Shown here piece after piece: positions 47,592 to 54,723 of a stretch of 54,723 nucleotides of DNA; the stretch's first letter is position 1; the number at the start of each line of letters is the position of its first letter. The DNA lies in IMG/VR virus record IMGVR_UViG_3300043446_003852, positions 1-54,723 of that record. One strand, 5' to 3'. The notes beneath the pieces were generated by a model. That model ran no database searches, was not told where the DNA came from, and saw only the letters and a list, made by a program, of their open reading frames with translations. A program made the position numbers and the translations under genes. The stretch comes from a virus (Duplodnaviria; Caudoviricetes).

Positions 47592-48128
47592 TTATACACC
47601 CAATTCGTTTATTCTTTTTGAAATACGGTTTAATCTTTCACCAATTTTATGTAATCTCTTATGAGAGGAAGACCAAAGTGTACGTTGGTCAACTCCCATT
47701 TCCATTTTTAATCGAGAAGCATGACTAACAACTCTTTCGATTTCATAAATGGATCTATTGATTTCTTTAATAGATTGATTTATTTTTTGATTTGTTGATC
47801 TTGACTCATCTGTTTTATACAACTTATAAGAAGCTTCGTGTAAAGAAGACATCGCTTGTTTATAGAAAGATTCTTGTTTTGCATACTCAGCGTATGATAT
47901 AGAATTCTTTCGCTTTTGTTTTGGGACTATTTTATATCCAAGTTGTTCAGCATTTTGTTTTGTTTTTGCATCAAATGAATCTTCACCAGTACCCGATTTA
48001 GGTGAAAACGCCTTTGGTGTTTGATACCCTTCAACTCCGCCAGTCACGTTCATCTCGTACATTTCTTCTTTGAAACGACGAAATGCTTCAGACTCTTGTA
48101 ATTTTTTTATGAAAGATTCAGTATTCAT
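47592..48128 (-). CDS. hypothetical head-module protein
   Basis: EMNVTGGVEGYQTPKAF motif, coiled-coil C-terminus. Confidence 0.75.
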   Translation of the reverse strand: MNTESFIKKLQESEAFRRFKEEMYEMNVTGGVEGYQTPKAFSPKSGTGEDSFDAKTKQNAEQLGYKIVPKQKRKNSISYAEYAKQESFYKQAMSSLHEASYKLYKTDESRSTNQKINQSIKEINRSIYEIERVVSHASRLKMEMGVDQRTLWSSSHKRLHKIGERLNRISKRINELGV

Positions 48129-48133
48129 TTTTT

Positions 48134-48460
48134 TTACCTTATAACTTGATTACGAATTAATACATATACTGTACCACCATCGACTTTGACACTATTCAAT
48201 GAAAGTTCCCAAATATAAGGAGCTGAACTTGCCAAAGCACCGAGTGAAATATCTCCACCTAATGATAAAGATGCAGTACCCGTTGAACCATTTGGTATAA
48301 TCAATGCACCTGCACCATAATTTGAACCTGTGAAATATGTGGTTGTTCCACTTACACAAGTTATTGATTTATGGAATTTACCTGGATGTCCCAGTCTTTC
48401 AAAATCACTCACTTGTGATGCTGGAAAATTATACGGTTGTACGCCTGATGTGTCTGCCAT
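48134..48460 (-). CDS. small beta-rich virion protein (possible head decoration)
   Basis: G/S/T-rich 108 aa; GGAG RBS. Confidence 0.65.
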   Translation of the reverse strand: MADTSGVQPYNFPASQVSDFERLGHPGKFHKSITCVSGTTTYFTGSNYGAGALIIPNGSTGTASLSLGGDISLGALASSAPYIWELSLNSVKVDGGTVYVLIRNQVIR

Positions 48461-49302
48461 TAATTAACTCCATCTAAATCATTTATCAAACTATAATATC
48501 TTAGTAATGCAGAAATATGATTTTCATCTATATTTTTAGCATTCTTGTACTGTTCTAATAAATCAACCACTTCGGTTAATTTTATCTTTAAAGACTTATC
48601 TTTTATTTTTTTAGTCTTATTGTTTAGAATTTCTTGAATTTTTGTTGCTTCGTCTTTAACAAATTCTTTGAAATTATTTGTATTACTTACGTTACCAATG
48701 TATTCACGTAGTAAATTTTTCTGGCCTGCTGATAAACTTCCATATTTTTCATTGAATTTTTCAACAAGTATCTTATACGAAAGTAATCTTATTTCTTTTG
48801 GCTCATTAACTACGGATGATATATCTTCAACTATACGTGATTTTTTATCCGAAGTTATATTTTCAATAATTGTAATTTTTGAACGAGTAATTTCAGTTGG
48901 GTTTTCCGTCTCATTATACTCGAATATCTTATAAATCGAAGCCAAAAGTTTATAGTTTTGAACTTTTGTTTGGAAGAAGTTATCAATATCGAAATTATCA
49001 TTGATTGTTTTTATCAGTTCGTACTTCTCTTCTTTCAGTTTTATTTTGTTTATTTTCTTACGAGCATTTAAAACTGCCTCGATTAGTATAGATGCTTTCG
49101 AGTCTGAAGAATATCTTTCTTCACAGAGAGTCTTGTACAATTCATATTCTTTAAGAAGTTCACTATTCTTATTGAAGAACTTTTTCAGAATATTAGTTGC
49201 AACTGATTCGTTTGCGGAAATAATATCTGATGTTACTTGTCTTGTCAAAAGCTCAAATAACATTCCTGTATTTTTAAATTTCGAATGTTTAACCTTCTTC
49301 AT
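48460..49302 (-). CDS. conserved head-module protein
   Basis: KHSKFKNTGMLFELL N-terminus; directly after portal. Confidence 0.8.
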   Translation of the reverse strand: MKKVKHSKFKNTGMLFELLTRQVTSDIISANESVATNILKKFFNKNSELLKEYELYKTLCEERYSSDSKASILIEAVLNARKKINKIKLKEEKYELIKTINDNFDIDNFFQTKVQNYKLLASIYKIFEYNETENPTEITRSKITIIENITSDKKSRIVEDISSVVNEPKEIRLLSYKILVEKFNEKYGSLSAGQKNLLREYIGNVSNTNNFKEFVKDEATKIQEILNNKTKKIKDKSLKIKLTEVVDLLEQYKNAKNIDENHISALLRYYSLINDLDGVN

Positions 49303-49350
49303 TTATAGTTACCCATGAGTGTATTGTTCAATAAATAAATATGTCACTTA

Positions 49351-51237
49351 TTACATTTCTTCTAATAAATTTGACTCATCTAATAAATTTGATTGATGTT
49401 TTTCTTCAATAGATGCTGGTTTCAAACTTTCAGAAATAATAGACTTTGTTTTCATTTTCAATCCAGCCATATTATTAAGTATATCTGACATTTCTTTCTT
49501 TAATTCCTGATTTTCTGTTGCCAATGGTGAATTGCCTTTGTAGTTATGACGAGGTGACATATCAACATTCAATGTCTTACCAACATCTTTACGACCTAGA
49601 GGGTCTCTACCGAAAGGACTTGCATCTGTTCCATAGGTTGAACCATGTTCTTTTGGTCTACCTGCACCTGGCCATCCACCTTCGGGAACTTCAACATCAT
49701 TTATTTGTCTAACATTTTTACCACCATAGATATTCATCGAAGCCAAATCGTGTGGAGTACCAAACGATTCCTTCGTGATTGCTGGGTCATTACCTTCACT
49801 CTCAATTTGTTTTTGACGGAATTGAAGTTTAATGTCTTCAATGATTTGATTCTTTTCAACTTCTGCTTCATCATCTGAAAGATTGAATATATTAGAATAG
49901 ATGTACTTCATCGAAAGTAATTTCTTTTCAATGAGTGAACCGGCAAGGTCTACCTTTTCTTTCATCAAAGCAATCTTTTCTTGTTCATAAATTATAGAAG
50001 GTCCAGTTAGAGATAATTCAAAATTTACCAAGTCTGCATTCTCATATCCTTGAGCATATAGGTGAACTATTGCAATCTTTGTTAATTCAGAAACGATAAT
50101 ACGTTGAATACGTTCGATTGTACGAGCAAATCTAATATCAAGTGTGGCAAGTGTTGCTTTACCTTCAAGAGATTCATCATATCCAAGATATGCCTTTGGT
50201 ATTTTAAGAGCAGCAAATATCTTACCCTTCAAATACTCAACGTCCTCAATCGCTTGATATTGGAGACCAGGAAGAGTTTCAATAGACGTACCAGCTTGAC
50301 CACCACGTACAGGAAGATAGAAGTCTTCCAAGATATTCTGCATATTATAACGAAGATTATACTGGCCTGTTTGTTCGTTTACCACAGGTGTTTTCTTCAT
50401 TTGATTCATAATGTTTTGCATATATTGGTCAACTTCCGCTGGTGGGATGTTACCAATGTCAACTTTGAATATTCTCTTTTCAGGTGCTCTCATAATGCGG
50501 TGAATCAACATAGCATCTTCCATAAGAACAAGTTGCTTGTAAAGTTTACGAGCACCTTCCAACATCGATTTACCATAAGGTAAGAAGTTTGTATCACCTA
50601 AAAGACGGAAGTGAGCAACTTCATAGTTTTGAAATTCTCCCTTACCGAGTGGTCCTTCATAGATAAACTTTGTCATGTAGATGTGTTCGGGGTCAGTTCC
50701 TTCATCACGTTGCATTTCATACGGTGAAAGTGGAACAACGTTTGTAACGCCAAGACCGTCTTTAACATCAAGGTAAAGATAGTTGTCTCCGTATTTACAA
50801 AGATTACGAACCCACGGCCACAGGTTGTATTCTACATTTATAACATCATAAAATAAGTTGTGTAGAATCTTACGAATGTTATCATTATCAGTTTTGATTG
50901 TAAGAACATCACCTGTGTCATTTTTTAATGTACTTTCATCTGCATAGATGTCAAGTGCAGAACAAATGATGGCATCTGTGTCCATCGCCTCATAATCTGT
51001 ATAAAGGTCAATCTTTGTTGCAGAGAATGAGTTATATTGATTGTAAACAGATATAGGGGTTCCACGAGTACCGTGAAGACGACCATAACGGTCAATTGCT
51101 TTTGAGGTATGTGGATTTCCATCCGCTTGATAGCGAGCAGTATCAACTACTTTTAACTTCTTACCACCGACGTTTCTTACAACGACGTTTGTGGAAAAAA
51201 GTGTTTTTAGTCTATCAAATAATGATTTTTGTGCCAT
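49351..51237 (-). CDS. portal protein (gp20-like)
   Basis: YEAMD, ALDIYADE, MEDAMLIHRIMRAPEKRIFKVDIGN, EDFYLPVRG, IETLPG, DIRFARTIERIQ. Confidence 0.96.
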   Translation of the reverse strand: MAQKSLFDRLKTLFSTNVVVRNVGGKKLKVVDTARYQADGNPHTSKAIDRYGRLHGTRGTPISVYNQYNSFSATKIDLYTDYEAMDTDAIICSALDIYADESTLKNDTGDVLTIKTDNDNIRKILHNLFYDVINVEYNLWPWVRNLCKYGDNYLYLDVKDGLGVTNVVPLSPYEMQRDEGTDPEHIYMTKFIYEGPLGKGEFQNYEVAHFRLLGDTNFLPYGKSMLEGARKLYKQLVLMEDAMLIHRIMRAPEKRIFKVDIGNIPPAEVDQYMQNIMNQMKKTPVVNEQTGQYNLRYNMQNILEDFYLPVRGGQAGTSIETLPGLQYQAIEDVEYLKGKIFAALKIPKAYLGYDESLEGKATLATLDIRFARTIERIQRIIVSELTKIAIVHLYAQGYENADLVNFELSLTGPSIIYEQEKIALMKEKVDLAGSLIEKKLLSMKYIYSNIFNLSDDEAEVEKNQIIEDIKLQFRQKQIESEGNDPAITKESFGTPHDLASMNIYGGKNVRQINDVEVPEGGWPGAGRPKEHGSTYGTDASPFGRDPLGRKDVGKTLNVDMSPRHNYKGNSPLATENQELKKEMSDILNNMAGLKMKTKSIISESLKPASIEEKHQSNLLDESNLLEEM

Positions 51238-51299
51238 TTGTTACCTGTTTAAAATTTGTTATACATATAAATATAAGTGCGTAATATTTGAATACAATT

Positions 51300-52898
51300 T
51301 TACATCAACCAAGTTAAATCTTCACCTGGTTTATTAACACCAACATCCATTGACCACCCAGCTTCTTTCTTTTTATCTTTTATATTTGCCGGATTAAATA
51401 CCGATGTTGACTTTTTCATATAATCTAATGCAATCTTTGTTCTGTGTAATCCTTCTTGACGAAGTTTTAAAGCAGTATCACGTACCCACAATCCTATTGC
51501 AAAGGCCATAACCAAGTCATCATTATATCCTGATTGAGCTTCCGCCCTACCACCTGACCAAATGAACACAAACATTTCTTCTGCCAATCTATTTGATTTG
51601 ATGATTGGAACTCTTTCCCTGAAATACATCTCATATTTAGAAACTATCAGAGGTCGTGTCTTTGCACTATTTGTAAATCCAGGAACCATCTGTGATTTTT
51701 CTTTTAAGTCATATCCCTTTGGAATATGAACCGACGGATCTGTGTAACCTTCTTCTTTATATGTGTAGTAAAGATTTGGATAACCTCTATCAATTATTTG
51801 TTGAATTACCGCCCACCCTATGTTTGCATTTTCAACTACAAGTAGGGCATCATTGTATTCAGTTGCCATAGAAACAAGAAGATTACCAAATGATTTAGTA
51901 TCTAATTTACCTTTATACTCTACAACCTGTTCAATATTTTCAATATCAATTATATGAAATGTTGAAAAGTCCTTACCATCACCACGAGCAACGTCGGCGG
52001 CAATCATATATGATTTATTTGGGTCGGGATAATCCCATATCCAAAGTGCATTTTCCGCGCCACGTTTTTCTTTTGGTTCACATACATACGTCTTTTGATA
52101 CCAATCGATTATGTTACCATCAATAACAGAATTACCAGATGAAAGAAAGTCACCATCACACTCCTGTGCAGCGAGTGATGGACCAAGGATAATATCTTGT
52201 TGGTCTCTCCATGCTTGGTCGCGTTCTGGATGAACAGTCCAATGAAGGAAGATTGGGTTAAATAAATTTGCTTCTGTTTTTGCACCAACCCATTGTTTGT
52301 GGTAGAAATTACCAACACCATTTGGGGTAGAGTTAATAATTGCAGAACCACCTGTGTTAATTGTAGATTGAGCAGAAGCCCAAATTTCTTCGATGTTATC
52401 AATGAACGCAGCCTCGTCAATGATAAGGAGTGAAAGAGCTTCTGAACGGGCGGCATCTGCGGCGGCTGAAACAGCTTTTATCTGTGAACCATTCTTGAAA
52501 CGAAGTGAAAGTTTGTTGTCTTCAATTACAGATGTTTTCAACCAAGATGGAAGTCCGTCATACATAACACGAACTTTTGTTACAAGGTTCTTTGCAGTTT
52601 CTTGTTTGGTAGCAATAACGAGAATGTTTTGGTCGGTTTTAAATAACATCAACCAAAGTGAGTAACCAGCGATGAGGGTTGATATACCCAACTGACGTGA
52701 CTTCAGACATATATTGTATCTATGTTCTTGAAAATCTCTAAGTACGTCTTCTTGGAAGTCCCACAATTCAAATAGAATTTTACCACGAGTAGGATGCTGA
52801 ATCTTAGCATACTTCTTCATAAAGTACACGGGATTTGCCGCACACTTTACATACTCTTCTTTGATTATATCCCGTAACGTTTTATTATTTGGAATCAT
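51300..52898 (-). CDS. terL: terminase large subunit (gp17-like)
   Basis: KSRQLGIST, IIDEAAFI, STPNG, QECD, ADVARGDGKDFS, VENANIG, NDDLVMA. Confidence 0.96.
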   Translation of the reverse strand: MIPNNKTLRDIIKEEYVKCAANPVYFMKKYAKIQHPTRGKILFELWDFQEDVLRDFQEHRYNICLKSRQLGISTLIAGYSLWLMLFKTDQNILVIATKQETAKNLVTKVRVMYDGLPSWLKTSVIEDNKLSLRFKNGSQIKAVSAAADAARSEALSLLIIDEAAFIDNIEEIWASAQSTINTGGSAIINSTPNGVGNFYHKQWVGAKTEANLFNPIFLHWTVHPERDQAWRDQQDIILGPSLAAQECDGDFLSSGNSVIDGNIIDWYQKTYVCEPKEKRGAENALWIWDYPDPNKSYMIAADVARGDGKDFSTFHIIDIENIEQVVEYKGKLDTKSFGNLLVSMATEYNDALLVVENANIGWAVIQQIIDRGYPNLYYTYKEEGYTDPSVHIPKGYDLKEKSQMVPGFTNSAKTRPLIVSKYEMYFRERVPIIKSNRLAEEMFVFIWSGGRAEAQSGYNDDLVMAFAIGLWVRDTALKLRQEGLHRTKIALDYMKKSTSVFNPANIKDKKKEAGWSMDVGVNKPGEDLTWLM

Positions 52899-53296
52899 TA
52901 GTGTATCGCACTAAAAATTATGGTTGCAATTGTTGCACCACCACCAAACCATAACCATTTATTATCATACCACTTCGGCATGAGTAAATCAATTGTTTCG
53001 CGGAGTTTTTTGTTTTCTTGTTCCATTGTGTTGATAACGTTTTGACGATTATCAAGTTGTTCTTGGAAAAGCAAGGAACGTTGTTTTTGAGATAAGATTA
53101 AAGTATCTTGTCCTACTATAATTGCTTTTTGCCAAATGATTGTATCTTTTTGCCAATGAATCGTATCTTGAAGATGTTGAATCTTATTTGCAAGTTTAAG
53201 AATGTTACTTTTTGGCAAACAAATTACGGAGTCTTTCGACTGCCCATAAGTACAAGTAACGGCAAGAAATAATAAAATTGGTAATATCCATTTCAT
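52898..53296 (-). CDS. secreted coiled-coil protein with C-terminal TM (spanin-like)
   Basis: N-terminal signal peptide, coiled coil, C-terminal WLWFGGGATIATIIF. Confidence 0.55.
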   Translation of the reverse strand: MKWILPILLFLAVTCTYGQSKDSVICLPKSNILKLANKIQHLQDTIHWQKDTIIWQKAIIVGQDTLILSQKQRSLLFQEQLDNRQNVINTMEQENKKLRETIDLLMPKWYDNKWLWFGGGATIATIIFSAIH

Positions 53297-53297
53297 T

Positions 53298-53624
53298 TTA
53301 ATCCTTTATAAAATCGTTTAAGAAATTAACAGCAGAATCTGGTGTTTGAATCGGTGGTTTAGGTTGTCTTGCAATAGGTGGATGTTTTCTTAAAGAATCT
53401 ATACGTCTTTCTTCATCTGCAATTTTTGCATCTAACTTACCAGCAATTACAAGTAAACTATCATACTTCTGATGATACTTGTTTACTTCTACACGAAGTG
53501 AATCTGCAATTCTCATATTTTCGATTACTTTTTCATTTTCCATCATGGAAGAATAAAAAGCCATACCAACACCGCCAACAGCAAGTATCGGTACTAATAT
53601 ATTAGTTATAATGTTCTTTATCAT
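53298..53624 (-). CDS. N-terminal TM coiled-coil protein (i-spanin-like)
   Basis: ATG 53624; TM ILVPILAVGGVGMAF, coiled coil, Pro-rich tail. Confidence 0.55.
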   Translation of the reverse strand: MIKNIITNILVPILAVGGVGMAFYSSMMENEKVIENMRIADSLRVEVNKYHQKYDSLLVIAGKLDAKIADEERRIDSLRKHPPIARQPKPPIQTPDSAVNFLNDFIKD

Positions 53625-53625
53625 G

Positions 53626-53970
53626 TTATCTCTTTGGATTTGTTGATACCATTTTTGCTTTACCACGTCCAGTTGAACCATATTTACGTTTGCGGGTTAC
53701 AGCACTTTTCTTTTGTTTTGATGACATACCAGCGGCTCTACCAGCGGGGACACATTTTGGATATGCTTTTTTACCACCCTTTCTCGCTTTTGAACCAGCG
53801 GATGCACCACAAGGAGGATGTCCACCTGATTTTGTTTTTCGAGAAATGTCAACCCATTTTTCCCTGAACCATTTTGTGAGACCGCCAGAAGGTTTCTTTC
53901 CTTCCACGAGGTAGTTCTTCACGTATTCACGGATAATTAAACGGGTTATATGTTCTTGACGAGATGTCAT
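53626..53970 (-). CDS. small basic phage protein (KWF.EKWVD...CG...YPKC type)
   Basis: very K/R-rich; IIRE..LVE leader; ATATTTAT upstream. Confidence 0.75.
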   Translation of the reverse strand: MTSRQEHITRLIIREYVKNYLVEGKKPSGGLTKWFREKWVDISRKTKSGGHPPCGASAGSKARKGGKKAYPKCVPAGRAAGMSSKQKKSAVTRKRKYGSTGRGKAKMVSTNPKR

Positions 53971-54000
53971 ACAAATAAATATACGAAATTCATTTAAAAG

Positions 54001-54558
54001 TTACAAACTAAGCAAACCAGTCCAAGGCAAAACAAGTGGAATCGGAGATGGTACACCTGGAGAAAGTCCAGCATAAGTACCAGCGATTGTTAATTGATGT
54101 AAAACCAAAGCGTTTGCAAAAGCCGATAAAACTATTTCTATATCTGTATTATTAAATGCTTCTTTTAGTGCCTTATCAAGACCAATAGGTATTCCTGGAA
54201 ATAAAACTTGAACCCCTGTTGTTGGTGCAAACATTGGAGGCATCGGTGGCACAGGACTAAATGTTGATGAGACCCAATAAAGACAAAATCCAGTTGCCAT
54301 CAATGTAAACCCTGGTTCAACAGACGGGTCTGGTAACTTTTCTTTAAGGTTAAAATTTAGTTTAAGTCCAAATGATAAAAAACTTTTTAAGGTATCTTTA
54401 TCACCTCTTATAAGTTTTGCACCGAAAAATGGAGCACTATTACCTATGTTCGATAAATCGTATGCAGTTGCAATTTTATCTGCCGCATCATCCAAATCGT
54501 TTATCGAAAAACTTTGCCAATATGGACGTAATAATGATTTGAATAAATCAACATTCAT
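54001..54558 (-). CDS. hypothetical Pro-rich protein
   Basis: 185-aa ORF. Confidence 0.7.
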   Translation of the reverse strand: MNVDLFKSLLRPYWQSFSINDLDDAADKIATAYDLSNIGNSAPFFGAKLIRGDKDTLKSFLSFGLKLNFNLKEKLPDPSVEPGFTLMATGFCLYWVSSTFSPVPPMPPMFAPTTGVQVLFPGIPIGLDKALKEAFNNTDIEIVLSAFANALVLHQLTIAGTYAGLSPGVPSPIPLVLPWTGLLSL

Positions 54559-54561
54559 AAA

Positions 54562-54723
54562 TTATGTTTTATCTATGGCACCTTTACCTGATGACGGCCA
54601 TCCGAAACGGCATGACCAATAACGAGCTTTATGTCTTGGTCCAGGTGTATCACAATTATGTCTTGCACGAAATGATTTACGACGTTGTGGGTCGGACTTC
54701 TTTATTTTCATTGTTTTTTTACC
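54562..54723 (-). CDS. partial ORF (C-terminus) with RRKSFRARHNC...ARYWSCR basic domain
   Basis: GKKTMKIKKSDPQRRKSFRARHNCDTPGPRHKARYWSCRFGWPSSGKGAIDKT*; runs off the window edge. Confidence 0.75.
   Translation of the reverse strand, partial: GKKTMKIKKSDPQRRKSFRARHNCDTPGPRHKARYWSCRFGWPSSGKGAIDKT

Larger units (their letters stand above)
2331..53982 (-). promoter_or_regulatory. dispersed late-promoter-like motif ATATTTAT(A/T), at least 17 copies upstream of genes
   Basis: + strand ataaatat near 2332, 3463, 9065, 15948, 26375, 30431, 31576, 32514, 33103, 36144, 36490, 40494, 41342, 44162, 49335, 51267, 53975, all just upstream of minus-strand starts. Confidence 0.75.

Noticed and set aside
4075-52898. 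Introns or inteins in RNR, helicase, RecA, MCP, portal or terminase
   Set aside because: Lengths are normal, motifs are contiguous, no intein ends are apparent; all three endonucleases are free-standing
13734-53914. Long plus-strand ORFs (e.g. 13734-14264, 28467-29345, 41158-41739, 50104-50583)
   Set aside because: Antisense shadows of well-supported minus-strand genes; no recognisable motifs
2331-53982. TATAAATA on the + strand as canonical T4 late promoters for plus-strand genes
   Set aside because: No credible plus-strand genes follow; the motif consistently precedes minus-strand starts
1-54723. Stop-codon reassignment as seen in some large phages
   Set aside because: Core genes are full length in the standard code; TAA, TAG and TGA all end genes; no suppressor tRNA seen

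Overview
Segment of a large T4-like (contractile-tailed) bacteriophage genome. Every credible gene lies on the minus strand. In transcription order (right to left) it holds small basic proteins and a putative spanin pair, terminase, portal, prohead protease with a downstream HNH gene, ribosomal protein bS21, an Alt/VIP2-like ADP-ribosyltransferase, scaffold, major capsid protein, a putative holin, PhoH, neck, sheath, tube, a tail/baseplate chaperone with an apparent programmed frameshift, tape measure, a 2059-aa repeat-rich baseplate protein, a mini-PolA, SSB/RecA/5'-3' exonuclease/helicase, a paralog array, an aminoacyl-tRNA-protein transferase-like gene, class II RNR, four tRNAs, a second endonuclease and DNA ligase. 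Promoter shape (TTG-N20-TAnnTT), bS21, DUF5522 and D-[ST]-hydrophobic sequons point to a Bacteroidota sensu lato host (inference). The most interesting signals are: (1) a bS21 + ADP-ribosyltransferase cassette in a genome that uses strong SD sites; (2) an ATE1/Bpt-like transferase; (3) a start-less ORF that appears to need a +1/-2 frameshift; (4) two distinct candidate glycosylation signatures; (5) shared I/L-x-E leaders on putative head-packaged proteins; (6) promoter-in-hairpin control of endonuclease genes. All family assignments come from motif recognition by eye; no database search was run.
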